Positions 8,697 through 18,938 of a stretch of DNA of 64,000 nucleotides are shown here, piece after piece. The stretch is from the NCBI GenBank assembly GCA_903847095.1, contig CAINCQ010000024.1, forward strand, positions 16,628 through 80,627. The letters are read 5' to 3'. Position 1 is the first letter of the stretch, and each line of letters begins with the position of its first letter. A program made the translations under genes and the position numbers. The stretch comes from an uncultured bacterium. GTDB taxonomy: Bacteria > Patescibacteriota > Minisyncoccia > Minisyncoccales > UBA5738. The notes beneath the pieces were generated by a model. It was not told the origin of the DNA. It did no database searches and was given only the letters and a program-made list of their open reading frames with translations.

Positions 8697-8769
8697 TTCG
8701 GGGTGCTGGGATTCGAACCCAGATCAAATCCTCCCAAAGGACTCGTGCTGCCGTTGCACTACACCCCGA
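8697..8769 (-). tRNA. tRNA-Pro(TGG), CCA not encoded
   Basis: The reverse complement TCGGGGTGTAGTGCAACGGCAGCACGAGTCCTTTGGGAGGATTTGATCTGGGTTCGAATCCCAGCACCCCGA folds as a cloverleaf with anticodon loop TTTGGGA. Confidence 0.9.
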
Positions 8770-9019
8770 TCAAAACTTGAATATATAAAAAAACAGAAAA
8801 AAACAAAAAACTTTCGTTCCTTTCACGAATATAATATCTCTTTGTGCTTGTTTAGTCAACGGCGAGCGCCGCAGTCAAAGTTTCCCGCCATAGGCAGAAA
8901 GGTCTGATAAAATTGCGCTTTCTGCGACCGGTTCAAAGGAACGGATCCGTAATGGCGGTATGGGCATTTTCCAACATTCGTATTTTTTAGTATAATAAAT
9001 AATACAAGCTGATCCTTAA

Positions 9020-10027
9020 ATGCGTTTTTTAAAAAAAATGAAAAATAATTTGTTTTCTTCCTTTTCCCAACGAATAAACATTATCGAACAGTGCAAAAAG
9101 TATGGAATACCGGTATGGCAGTGTCCTCAGTTCCTTTTTCTTTTGATGGGATGCGTGATAATAGTTACTTCGGTCACTATTTACCTGATCGGCAGCCACT
9201 ACATAGAAGATCCCGAGGTTATCGTGTTGCTTGTTCTTTTTCTGGCTACTTTTTTGCTTGCCATGGCGTTTGTTATTGTTCACAGCTTTGAAAAGCTGGC
9301 GGAAACAAATCGCTTGAAATCGGAATTTGTGAGCATTGTTTCGCACCAGATCCGGTCTCCTTTGACCAATCTTAAATGGATTGTGGAGTTGCTGATGTCC
9401 GGGATTTTGGGCAAGATCGAGGAAAAACAAACGGAATATTTCAAGATTTTGAAAGAAAATTTGGAAAGGATGCAGGAGTTGGTTTCAGAGCTTCTTACCG
9501 TGTCGCGCATAGAAGCAACTAAGCTGGTTTTTAAAAAAGAGGAGTTTTCCATGGAAAACTTGGTGAGGGATCTGGTGGCGGAATTCAAACCCATAGCGAA
9601 ATCTTCGAATATCAAAATAAATATGGATTTGGAAAAAAACGCCCCTAAGGTTTTTACCGATCCTTTCCAAATATTACAAGTGATCGAAAACTTATTGTAT
9701 AATGCGATACGATACATGAACTTTGCCACCGACCCTGTTCAAAAGGATAAAGAACGGGAGATCAACATAAAAGTATACCATAAAAATTCGAATATTATTT
9801 TCGAGATCATGGACAATGGGATCGGTATACCCAAAGAAGACCAGAAATATATTTTCCAGAAGTTTTTCCGGGCCGATAATGTAAGGCGATACCAAACCAA
9901 CGGTTCTGGGTTGGGTCTTTATATTTCCAAAAGTATAATCGAGCGGTCCGGGGGAAAGATCGGGTTTGAAAGCCGCGAGGGAGTTGGAACAACTTTTTGG
10001 TTCAAACTGCCGATTTCTCCAAAATAA
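9020..10027 (+). CDS. Sensor histidine kinase (2 TM, HisKA + HATPase_c)
   Basis: H-box SIVSHQIRSPLTNL, N-box LLYNAIRY, G1 MDNGIGIP and G2 GSGLGLYISK. Confidence 0.85.
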   Translation: MRFLKKMKNNLFSSFSQRINIIEQCKKYGIPVWQCPQFLFLLMGCVIIVTSVTIYLIGSHYIEDPEVIVLLVLFLATFLLAMAFVIVHSFEKLAETNRLKSEFVSIVSHQIRSPLTNLKWIVELLMSGILGKIEEKQTEYFKILKENLERMQELVSELLTVSRIEATKLVFKKEEFSMENLVRDLVAEFKPIAKSSNIKINMDLEKNAPKVFTDPFQILQVIENLLYNAIRYMNFATDPVQKDKEREINIKVYHKNSNIIFEIMDNGIGIPKEDQKYIFQKFFRADNVRRYQTNGSGLGLYISKSIIERSGGKIGFESREGVGTTFWFKLPISPK

Positions 10028-10058
10028 CCAAGAAAGCCGCAATAAATAATTAAATAAA

Positions 10059-10439
10059 ATGCCAAAAACTATTCTTTTTATCGAAGATGAGTCAGCGATG
10101 CAAAAAACAGTCGGGGCGATCATTCAAAAAGAAGGTTATAATATGATTTCCGCCCTTGACGGCGATTTAGGCATAAAGCTGGCTAAAGAAATGCGCCCGG
10201 ATTTGATTCTGCTTGACCTCGTCCTTCCCAAGAGAGACGGGTTTGACGTTTTAAGATCGTTGAAGCAGGAGGAACAGACGAAATCCATACCCATAATCGT
10301 TCTCACTAATTTAGGGGAAATGGAGAACATCGATAAAGCGATAGAGCTTGGAGCAACGACTTATTTGGTCAAAAGCGATTATTCTCTAAAAGAAATTATC
10401 GAAAAGATCAAAAAAACCGTCGACGGTTCCCTAATTTGA
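10059..10439 (+). CDS. Single-domain response regulator (CheY-like receiver only)
   Basis: ILFIEDE acidic pocket, phospho-acceptor context DLILLDLVLPKRDG, and conserved Lys context YLVKS. No output domain. Confidence 0.85.
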   Translation: MPKTILFIEDESAMQKTVGAIIQKEGYNMISALDGDLGIKLAKEMRPDLILLDLVLPKRDGFDVLRSLKQEEQTKSIPIIVLTNLGEMENIDKAIELGATTYLVKSDYSLKEIIEKIKKTVDGSLI

Positions 10440-10557
10440 TCGCTGATCATCGTGTCCCAATTACAATTACGGAGCCGCTGGTCCATGGGGCGTTTCTTGA
10501 ATTAGTGGTGGTTTAGTTATTGGGCATAGCCTCCCATCAGGGATCCGTTCTAAAAAA

Positions 10558-12375
10558 ATGAAAGTCGAATCGCAACAGCTTAAAGCTTTTTTACTGGACG
10601 CAGGTTTGCTCAGCGAGAAGCAGTTTAACGAATGTCTGGAGAAAAGCAAGGAACTCAATTGCAAAATTGACGATATTTTGGTTTCAGAAGATTATATCAC
10701 TCAAGAGGAGTTGATCAAGCTTAAGGCTTATATCCTTGGTATTCCTTTTGTCGATCTGGAAAAGGAAGTCATCGCGCATGATGTTCTGAGAATGATTCCG
10801 GAAGCCATAGCCAAAGCCAACAATATCATCGCGTTCCGCAAAAATGCTTCATCGTTAGAGGTGGCTATGCTTGATCCGGAGGATCTCCGGATGATCGAAT
10901 TCATCAAGAAAACCACGGATCTTAGGATCCTTCCCCGCCTTACCACCCCTGAAAGTATCAAAAATGTCATTTTGCAATATCAAAAAACGCTTCAGGCCGA
11001 ATTCGGGGAGCTGATCAAAAATGAGGGGGCGGATGGATTGTCTCTGTCGGAATCGAAGGGCGGAAAGTTTAAAAACCCGAAAGGAGAAGAAAGTTTCAAG
11101 ATGATAAAGGACGATGAAAAAGGCGAGGAAAAAGAGGAGAAAGAAGAGTTGAAAAAGGTTGCCGAAGAAATGCCGGTGATCCGGGTCGTAGATACGTTTA
11201 TCAAACACGCTATTTTGCAACGGGCCAGCGATATCCATATCGAGCCGACGGAAAAAGAGGTTTTGATCCGTTACCGGATAGATGGAATTTTACGCGATGC
11301 TATGACTTTGCCAAAAAGAGCGGCTTCGGGTATTGTGGCCAGAATCAAAGTTTTGTCCAATTTGAAGCTGGATGAACATCGTTTGCCGCAGGACGGCCGG
11401 TTCAAAGTTGAAAGCGAAGAATGGCGCTATTCGTTGCGCGTATCGACCCTTCCTGTTTCTAACGGGGAAAAGATCGTTATGCGCCTTTTGCCGGAAACAT
11501 CGAGGGCGGTCGATCTGAAGAAGCTTGGTTTCCGCGGTTTCCAGTTGGAATTGATCGAAGAAACGCTAAAGAAAACAATGGGATTGGTTTTGATCACCGG
11601 GCCGACCGGTTCGGGGAAGACGACCACGCTTTATTCGATGATGGATATTTTAAACGAGCCGGGTGTTAACATTTCTACGATCGAGGACCCTATCGAATAC
11701 CAGATGCCCCGGATTAACCAAACTCAGGTAAATGCCAAGATCGGTCTTACTTTTTCTTCAGGCTTGAGGACGCTTTTGAGGCAGGATCCCGATATTATTA
11801 TGGTGGGGGAGATCCGCGATAATGAGACGGCGTCATTGGCGATCAATGCCGCCCTCACCGGTCATTTGGTGTTGTCGACGTTGCATACCAATTCGGCTGG
11901 CGGCGCGATACCGCGCCTTATTGATATGAAGGCCGAACCGTTCTTGATCGCTTCAACCGTGGATTTGATCGTTGCTCAGCGCTTGATACGGTGTTTGGAC
12001 GAACAGAAGGAAGAATACCGCTTGAAAGAATCGGATATCAAAGATTTGAGCCGATACTGCGACCCGAAGCGGATTTTAAAAATTTTAAAGGAAGAAAAAA
12101 TCGTAGCTCCTTCGGCTACCTGGCGTACTATTCCTTTTTTCCATCCGATCCCGACCAAAAACTGTCCGGATGGTTATGTGAACAGGATCGGAATTCACGA
12201 AACATTGGCCGTATCGGCGTCCATAAAGGATTTGATAATGAAAAATTCCACCGCGGATAATATTCAGGCGCAGGCCAAGAAAGAGGGTATGATCACAATG
12301 TTCGAAGAAGGATTTATCAAAGCGGCTCAAGGTACAACTTCGATCGAAGAGGTTCTAAGGGTGATAGTCGAATAA
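10558..12375 (+). CDS. pilB: Type IV pilus / type II secretion assembly ATPase (PilB/GspE family)
   Basis: N-terminal MshEN-like domain, Walker A GPTGSGKTTT, Walker B IIMVGEIRD, and His-box TGHLVLSTLHTN. Confidence 0.9.
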   Translation: MKVESQQLKAFLLDAGLLSEKQFNECLEKSKELNCKIDDILVSEDYITQEELIKLKAYILGIPFVDLEKEVIAHDVLRMIPEAIAKANNIIAFRKNASSLEVAMLDPEDLRMIEFIKKTTDLRILPRLTTPESIKNVILQYQKTLQAEFGELIKNEGADGLSLSESKGGKFKNPKGEESFKMIKDDEKGEEKEEKEELKKVAEEMPVIRVVDTFIKHAILQRASDIHIEPTEKEVLIRYRIDGILRDAMTLPKRAASGIVARIKVLSNLKLDEHRLPQDGRFKVESEEWRYSLRVSTLPVSNGEKIVMRLLPETSRAVDLKKLGFRGFQLELIEETLKKTMGLVLITGPTGSGKTTTLYSMMDILNEPGVNISTIEDPIEYQMPRINQTQVNAKIGLTFSSGLRTLLRQDPDIIMVGEIRDNETASLAINAALTGHLVLSTLHTNSAGGAIPRLIDMKAEPFLIASTVDLIVAQRLIRCLDEQKEEYRLKESDIKDLSRYCDPKRILKILKEEKIVAPSATWRTIPFFHPIPTKNCPDGYVNRIGIHETLAVSASIKDLIMKNSTADNIQAQAKKEGMITMFEEGFIKAAQGTTSIEEVLRVIVE

Positions 12376-12494
12376 ACTGCCGAATAAAGACTTTACTGTG
12401 GCCGGGCCGGGTTTTCCACTTTTATTATTCTCAAAAAAATTTTATAATATAGTTACAACGGTATAATTATTACCATTAATCAGGCACAATCAAA

Positions 12495-13145
12495 GTGGAA
12501 GAAAAAAATAACGAAGGATATATCAGTCTTTTAGAAGCCAGTAAGCTTTGCTCCTATTCGGAGCCTTATTTGCGTTTGCGTGCCAGGCAAGGAAAGCTGA
12601 AATCGATAAAATTCGGGAAAAAGTGGATGACAACCGAATTTTGGATAAAAGATTATATCCAAAGAACCAAAGAGTGGAACGATAAAATAGCGGCTAATAA
12701 GACAGCGGTAAACGAAATACCGGAAAAACAAGAAAGCGCGCCGGAAGTTTCACGACCCATTCAAACAAACGAATCGGAAGTTGTGGCGGCCGGAAAACCG
12801 TTTCCGGATCTTACCAAGGTTAAAGCCAGGAAAAGGTTTTGGGATGAGCCTGGATCAATCGATAGGAATTCGATACCCGATTTCGCTTTGGTGCTGGGAT
12901 CGGCTTTAATGTTTACGCTGGCAATATTTTTCGCGATATCGCCCGGAAGCTCCGATGTATCCGATCAGGCAGGGGATATCATGGTTTTTGGGCAAGCAGC
13001 CGCAAAAAATGGCATTGAAACGCCCGAAACAAGAGTAATGTCCTACGACCTTCCCATGCCCGGATGTTTTTGCCAAGCCAATGGCGCTCCGAAAGAGAGT
13101 AGCGCTTCGATCGGCAATTTTTTCAAATTATTTTGGCCTTGGTAG
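12495..13145 (+). CDS. Membrane-anchored protein with N-terminal excisionase/MerR-type helix-turn-helix
   Basis: GTG start. HTH-like segment YISLLEASKLCSYSEPYLRLRARQGKLKSIKFGKKWMT and one TM helix (FALVLGSALMFTLAIFFAI). Confidence 0.6.
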   Translation: MEEKNNEGYISLLEASKLCSYSEPYLRLRARQGKLKSIKFGKKWMTTEFWIKDYIQRTKEWNDKIAANKTAVNEIPEKQESAPEVSRPIQTNESEVVAAGKPFPDLTKVKARKRFWDEPGSIDRNSIPDFALVLGSALMFTLAIFFAISPGSSDVSDQAGDIMVFGQAAAKNGIETPETRVMSYDLPMPGCFCQANGAPKESSASIGNFFKLFWPW

Positions 13146-13182
13146 ATAATAGGTTTTGGAAGGTTTTTTTTGGAATTTTTTG

Positions 13183-13206
13183 CCGGGCACGGCGCCCGGT
13201 TTTTTA
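13183..13206 (+). terminator. Putative intrinsic terminator
   Basis: CCGGGC-ACGGC-GCCCGG hairpin followed by TTTTTT. Confidence 0.55.
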
Positions 13207-13375
13207 ATCGATAATTTCCCTTTGTTTCTAAGTTTTTCCTTGGGGTTTAATTTTTTTTGAGCTTCTTTAAGGCAATAAAAAGAGCTATAATTGTATAATA
13301 ATCAACTAAATATTTTTTTATTTCCCGTTGTTTTATTCTTCCCGCATTATGCGGGAGCAACAAAACAAAAAAATA

Positions 13376-14590
13376 ATGGCCAGATATTCCTATGTCGCGA
13401 AATCATTAGATGGGGTCCAGAAGACCGGTGAGGTTGAGGCCAGCGATACCCGCGAGGTGGCCAAGATACTGCACCAGGAGGGTTTCGTGCTGATCGAAGC
13501 GAAATGCGAGGATAAGGCGGGGAAAAGTTTGAAAATAACCTTTCCGTCTTTTGGAGTTGGCGTGAAAGACAAGATCTTTTTTACGAAAAATCTCCAGGTG
13601 ATGATCGCTTCGGGCCTATCTTTGCCGCGTTCCATCGGCATACTTGCGGCGCAGGCCAAAAACAAGAAGTTTCACGAAGCGTTGGACGAGATTAAGACAG
13701 AAATCACCCAGGGCAAGAATTTTTCGGAGTCAATGCAAAGGTTTCCAAGCATATTTTCCGATTTTTATTGCAGTATGGTAAAGGTGGGGGAGGAAACCGG
13801 CACTCTTGAGAGCGTGTTGGATATTCTTGACAAACAACTGGAGAAAGATTACGAATTGCAGTCAAAAATAAAAGGAGCTTTGCTGTATCCAGCCGTTATT
13901 TTCGTGGTGATGATAGGAATCGGTACTTTGATGCTGGTTTATGTTGTTCCGACTTTGTCGGCCACGTTCATTGAATTAAAAGTACAGCTTCCGATAACTA
14001 CCAGAGCGGTCATAGGATTAGGGAATTTCATGAAAAAAAATCTTTTGGCCGTATTCCTGTCCACCGTTTTTTTTGTTTTCATACTGCGCCGGTTTTTGGG
14101 ATCGGTCATGGGAAAAAAGCTGTACGACCAGATGATGCTTAGTTTCCCGATTATTTCCCCGATCGTGAAAAATATCAATGCGGCCTATACCGTTCGGAAT
14201 TTAAGTTCTCTTATCGCTTCAGGCGTTTCGTTGCCCAGGGCCTTGGAAATAACCGCTAATACTCTGGATAATCATAAGTATAAAAGAGCCCTTATGGAAT
14301 CCGAGGAAAAAGTGAAAAAAGGCGAAAAATTTTCGGAAGCGCTTAAGAAATACGAAAATATCTATCCTTCCACCTTGATCCAAATGATAGCCGTCGGAGA
14401 AGAAACGGGCGAGACGAGCGTCATTCTTTCCAAATTGGCCGATTTCTATGAAAACGAAGTATCCGAGGCGACCAAAAATCTGGCATCAGTGATCGAACCG
14501 GTTTTAATGGTCATTATCGGCATAGTCGTAGGTTTTTTCGCAGTTTCGATGATCCAGCCGATGTATTCAATGATGGACGCGATAAATTAA
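13376..14590 (+). CDS. pilC: Type IV pilus assembly platform protein (PilC / T2SS-F family)
   Basis: Two T2SSF repeats and three TM segments. Start placed at MARYSYVAKSLDG, a typical PilC N-terminus; the track extends to the TTG at 13328. Confidence 0.9.
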   Translation: MARYSYVAKSLDGVQKTGEVEASDTREVAKILHQEGFVLIEAKCEDKAGKSLKITFPSFGVGVKDKIFFTKNLQVMIASGLSLPRSIGILAAQAKNKKFHEALDEIKTEITQGKNFSESMQRFPSIFSDFYCSMVKVGEETGTLESVLDILDKQLEKDYELQSKIKGALLYPAVIFVVMIGIGTLMLVYVVPTLSATFIELKVQLPITTRAVIGLGNFMKKNLLAVFLSTVFFVFILRRFLGSVMGKKLYDQMMLSFPIISPIVKNINAAYTVRNLSSLIASGVSLPRALEITANTLDNHKYKRALMESEEKVKKGEKFSEALKKYENIYPSTLIQMIAVGEETGETSVILSKLADFYENEVSEATKNLASVIEPVLMVIIGIVVGFFAVSMIQPMYSMMDAIN

Positions 14591-14593
14591 GTT

Positions 14594-16357
14594 ATGTCTA
14601 ACAGAAGAAAGAAAAACGATTTGGCGAAAAAAGGGTTTACTTTGGTCGAGGCTCTTGTGGCGATTTTTTTGTTGGCGCTGGTTTTTTTGGGATTGACCGC
14701 TTCATACCGTCTGGCTTTGAAAGTCATTGGTTTAAGTAAAGATAAATTCACGGCTACCGGTATTGCCAACGAGCAAATGGAAAAAATAAAAAACCTGCCG
14801 TATGCTTCCGTCGGAACCCAAGGGGCGGTTTTACCCGCGGCGGCTGGGACGCTGGATAAGGTTGCTTCAAAAACGATCAACAGGGAGGCTTATACTATTA
14901 CCACGGATGTTAAATACGCGGTTGATCCGGCTGATGGCGTGGGCGTTTCCGATACCTGCAATCTTGATTACAAGATCGCGACGGTAAATATTTCCTGGCA
15001 AGGTTCTTTTCCCGGATCCGTCGGATTTTCCACTATTCTTGCTCCCAAGGACGCGACTCAGGAAATCCAGTCATGTACCAACCAGCCCGGAGGCATCTTA
15101 ACCGTACGCGCTTTTGACGGCACTAAAAAAATGATTTCGGAGCCGTTGCTTGCAATATTGGATTCAACGACGGGATCGGTTGTTGCGTCCGCGACTCCTA
15201 GCAGTGGATTGTTTTCTTTTCCTCTTCCTGTTGGAACGTACCGCGTGAGGGCTTCGAAAAGCGGGTACAGTATGGCTCGTAGCTACAGTTTTTCGGAGAT
15301 GACAATGCCCGATGTTCCCGATCCTTTGGTTTCCGATGGCGGCATGGCGGAAACAAGCTTATCCATAGATAAGCTGGCAACGCTCGCGATCGACGGAGTA
15401 TCGTCGGCGGGAGAAGATTTCTTTTCCGATACTTTTTTGACCGGGGAAAAAATTATCGAACTTTCCGATACGGAGATTTCAAGCGGGAATGTTGTTTTGT
15501 CCGGAAATCCCTATCCCGAAAGCGGGACAGTGGTTTCAAAGGATATCGATCCGGGTAACTTGATGCAGTGGAACGAATTTACTTTCTCGAACGAGAAACC
15601 GGCATCGACCCAAATCGTTTATCAAATACTTTTTTTTAATGGCGATAACTGGATCCCGATCTCCGATGCGCATCTGGCTGGAAATTCTTCGGGTTTTTCT
15701 TCGTCTCCAATAAATCTATCGGTACTGAGCGCGGCGACTTACCGGAACATCAGGATAAAAGCCACGCTTACCACCAATGATCATCTGAAAACGCCACGAA
15801 TAAACAATTGGCAGATTTCCTGGGCAAGCAATGAAGGCGCGCCGGTCGCGAATTTTCCTTTCCACCTTAAGGGTGCCAAAACCGTCGGAAAGAACAGCGG
15901 GGTAAGCGTTTATAAATACGACAAGGATCTTACCTTAAATGCCTCTGGTCATCTTGATATTACCGATAGCGACCCGGATTCCTATACCTTTTCCGTAGGC
16001 CCTTCTTCTCCTTTGGTTTTGGCTGGGACGGATCCGGCGACACAGCCTATTGACGTCGCTCCGGAGAGCGTTGTTCCGGTTAAATTATATCTTCAGGCCC
16101 AGAATTCTTTGATCGTTACCGTTCAGAATCAGGAGAGTCTTGAGTTTTTGCCCGTGGCCACCGTGCATCTGTTCAATGCGGGAATAGGATACGACAAAAC
16201 CCAATATAGCGATGTGGGGGGGCAAGCCCAGTTCATTCCGCTCAACAATGGTAATTATTCGATTACGGTGCAAATTCCGGGATTTGAAGAGTATAGCGGC
16301 AATGTCAATGTATCGGGAAACAGCGCAAAGAATATACAACTTAATCAGATCGACTAA
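14594..16357 (+). CDS. Large prepilin-type (pseudopilin-like) protein with class III signal and beta-sandwich repeats
   Basis: N-terminal KKGFTLVEALVAIFLLALVFLGL prepilin cleavage/methylation motif. CarboxypepD_reg-like segments GTYRVRASKSGY and GNYSITVQIPGFEEY. Confidence 0.75.
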   Translation: MSNRRKKNDLAKKGFTLVEALVAIFLLALVFLGLTASYRLALKVIGLSKDKFTATGIANEQMEKIKNLPYASVGTQGAVLPAAAGTLDKVASKTINREAYTITTDVKYAVDPADGVGVSDTCNLDYKIATVNISWQGSFPGSVGFSTILAPKDATQEIQSCTNQPGGILTVRAFDGTKKMISEPLLAILDSTTGSVVASATPSSGLFSFPLPVGTYRVRASKSGYSMARSYSFSEMTMPDVPDPLVSDGGMAETSLSIDKLATLAIDGVSSAGEDFFSDTFLTGEKIIELSDTEISSGNVVLSGNPYPESGTVVSKDIDPGNLMQWNEFTFSNEKPASTQIVYQILFFNGDNWIPISDAHLAGNSSGFSSSPINLSVLSAATYRNIRIKATLTTNDHLKTPRINNWQISWASNEGAPVANFPFHLKGAKTVGKNSGVSVYKYDKDLTLNASGHLDITDSDPDSYTFSVGPSSPLVLAGTDPATQPIDVAPESVVPVKLYLQAQNSLIVTVQNQESLEFLPVATVHLFNAGIGYDKTQYSDVGGQAQFIPLNNGNYSITVQIPGFEEYSGNVNVSGNSAKNIQLNQID

Positions 16358-16363
16358 GAGCAC

Positions 16364-17341
16364 ATGAGAAAAAACGGTTTTACCATTATCGAAACCCTAG
16401 TCACGCTTTTTGTTTTTACCTTGATCTGGATAGCGATCATGGGTTCGATTGTTATGATCTATAAAACCCAAGGGTATGCTTACCAGCAATCGCTTGCGAT
16501 AAACGAAGCAAGAAAAGGCGTTGAAGTTATGACCAAAGAAATCCGTTCAGCCCGGCCCGGGGATAACGGCGCTTATCCGATAGAAAAAGCCGAAGACAAA
16601 CAGTTTATTTTTTACAGCGATGTCGATAATGACGGGAAGGCGGAGCGAGTGCGTTACTATCTGGCTATAATGAATTCCGGAAACCAGTCGAAAGATTGTT
16701 TCACGCAAACGACCGGCGGTTCTTGTAATGCAGTTTTTTCCGGCTTCCTTTCCGGAAATTTGAAATCAGCCCAGGTTAAAGTGTCTCTTGAGGGTGACTT
16801 GAATGCGTCAGGCGAATTTGCCGAGATATATGCCGATGGAGTGAAAATCGGACAACAATGTCCGTCCGGATGTACCCAATGCGGCGGAAAATGGGAAGGC
16901 GCGCAGACGTATGACGTAACGGACGCGGCCAAGGATGGTTCGATCCAATTCATTGCCGATGGATCTTCGGGAGTGGACACGAAATGCAATTGGATCAACT
17001 CCAACCATACGCTTAAAGCCTTGTTCGAATTTTCTTGGACCGAAGAAATTCCCAATTTGGATAATCAACTGAAAAAAGGAGTGATCAAGCCGGTCGGCAG
17101 TCCGGTGACTTATCCGTCCAGCCAGGAGAAAATAACGATGGTAAGTGCTTATGTGCGAAATTCACCGCCGCTTTTTGAATATTACGATAAGAATGGCGCA
17201 AAGATCACTTCAAATTCCTCCATTTTAAAAGATACGAAAATGATGAAACTTTATATGGTCGTAAATTATAATCCCGAGAGAGCTCCCGAAGAATATGAAT
17301 TGGAGTCGTATGTCCAGCTGAGAAATCTAAAAGAAGAGTAG
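16364..17341 (+). CDS. Prepilin-type N-terminal cleavage/methylation domain protein (minor pilin-like)
   Basis: N-terminus MRKNGFTIIETLVTLFVFTLIWIAI. Confidence 0.75.
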   Translation: MRKNGFTIIETLVTLFVFTLIWIAIMGSIVMIYKTQGYAYQQSLAINEARKGVEVMTKEIRSARPGDNGAYPIEKAEDKQFIFYSDVDNDGKAERVRYYLAIMNSGNQSKDCFTQTTGGSCNAVFSGFLSGNLKSAQVKVSLEGDLNASGEFAEIYADGVKIGQQCPSGCTQCGGKWEGAQTYDVTDAAKDGSIQFIADGSSGVDTKCNWINSNHTLKALFEFSWTEEIPNLDNQLKKGVIKPVGSPVTYPSSQEKITMVSAYVRNSPPLFEYYDKNGAKITSNSSILKDTKMMKLYMVVNYNPERAPEEYELESYVQLRNLKEE

Positions 17342-17440
17342 GGAATAAGCCGCCGCGTATCAAACGGGATAGGTTACTTTTAAGGAAAAGTTTGTTGATC
17401 CTTTGTTCCGGTCCGGATTAAAAAGCGGTTTGGCAAAGCT

Positions 17441-18886
17441 ATGGAAAAACGGAAAAAGATATACCAAAAAGGAGTGATTATAAGTTATGTTCTGGTTTTT
17501 GGAGGGATTTTTCTCATGTTGCTTGGGGGGCTTTTAGGCTACATTCTTCTTCAGTTGCGGTACGCGGGCAATCGCGTCGCTTGGAACCAGTCTTTGGCGA
17601 TCGCCGAAACGGGAATAGAGTATTACCGCTGGTGTTTAAGCCATAATGTTCAAGATAGCTGCAAGGGGATTCATGAGTATACCGATGTGAATGGTGTCGT
17701 CGTCGGGGCATATAACCTTATTGTGGCCAACTCCGACCTTTGCGGAGAAACAACCCAGAGTACGATCACTTCGGAAGGTTGGACGCTTGATTTTCCGAAC
17801 ACGAAGCGCCAGGTAAAGGTTTTGTACGCTAAAGAATCGGTTGCCAAATACGCCGGTATTACCAACGAGGGCGTATGGTTTGGAAACAACGAAAATACTT
17901 TAGGTCCTTTCCATGCTAATGGCGGGATCAGGATGGATGGCGATAATCAGTCGCTTGTGTCCAGCTCCACCAATCTCAACGGAGCGGGGGAATGGGTATG
18001 CGACTACAGCTTTGGATGCGATCCTTGCCCGACCGGCGCGGGTGAGTGCCGGATATCAAGCGGAAAATGTATTTGTCCGAGTGTTTTTACCACTACCGCC
18101 AATTCCAATCCCAGCTTGTTCAAATTTCCCGTTTCTTCTTTTGACTTTCCCGGAATATCCGTCGATTTGAGGCGTTTGAGCGATAAAACTTTGGCTGGAG
18201 TCGGAAGATATCTTAAAAGATCATCCGAAATCAGGGCAAATAGCAAGGGATGGCATTTAAAATTCAAAAATGACGGTACATTCGAAGCTTGGATCGTTAC
18301 GTCGGTTTCGTTCCAAACGGGATGGAATCCAACCGAAGGCGACCATAGCGATTATTTTACGATCACGGGGGAATATTTATATAATACATATTCGATTCCT
18401 TCTTCTTGTGGGGCGATATTTGTTGAAGATAATGTTTGGCCTGAAGGGGTGATAAAAGGAAAAGTTGTGCTTGTGTCGGCCAATCTTGATGATGCCAATG
18501 TCGATACCAACGCTATTCTTGCCAAAAACATCACGTTAAATTCTAGCGACGGATCCGATAGTTTCGCGCTGATCGCGGAAAAGAATATATGGGTGAGCTA
18601 TCTTTCGCCCAATAATCTTGAACTAAGGGGAATTTATATTGCCCAAGATGGAACTTTTTATCGCGATTACTATTCCGGCAATCTAGAGAATGAGATCGAT
18701 ATTTACGGTTCGATAGTGAGCAAATTGAGGCCGAACACATCTTGGGTGAATAGCGCGGGTATTATTGTTTCCGGCTATTTGACCAGCAACACCTATTATG
18801 AGCCGAACTTGATATACAACCCTCCGCCTTTTGTTCCTTATGTAAGCCCGAATTTCAAGATTGTAAGCTGGGATGAGATAGATTAA
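17441..18886 (+). CDS. Membrane-anchored pilus-associated protein (PilX-like N-terminus), Cys-rich ectodomain
   Basis: N-terminal hydrophobic anchor GVIISYVLVFGGIFLMLLGGLLGYILL. Call rests mainly on position between the pseudopilins and pilM; no canonical G/FTLxE motif. Confidence 0.55.
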   Translation: MEKRKKIYQKGVIISYVLVFGGIFLMLLGGLLGYILLQLRYAGNRVAWNQSLAIAETGIEYYRWCLSHNVQDSCKGIHEYTDVNGVVVGAYNLIVANSDLCGETTQSTITSEGWTLDFPNTKRQVKVLYAKESVAKYAGITNEGVWFGNNENTLGPFHANGGIRMDGDNQSLVSSSTNLNGAGEWVCDYSFGCDPCPTGAGECRISSGKCICPSVFTTTANSNPSLFKFPVSSFDFPGISVDLRRLSDKTLAGVGRYLKRSSEIRANSKGWHLKFKNDGTFEAWIVTSVSFQTGWNPTEGDHSDYFTITGEYLYNTYSIPSSCGAIFVEDNVWPEGVIKGKVVLVSANLDDANVDTNAILAKNITLNSSDGSDSFALIAEKNIWVSYLSPNNLELRGIYIAQDGTFYRDYYSGNLENEIDIYGSIVSKLRPNTSWVNSAGIIVSGYLTSNTYYEPNLIYNPPPFVPYVSPNFKIVSWDEID

Positions 18887-18938
18887 AATGTAAAATAAGT
18901 GCTTCACTTATTAAAAGTGAAAATCAGGAGCTGCTATT

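Noticed and set aside
8354-8907. ORF-track ORFs 8354-8548(-), 8430-8780(+) and 8641-8907(+).
   Set aside because: They run through two well-folded tRNA genes and their hairpin spacers, and they have no RBS or coding character.
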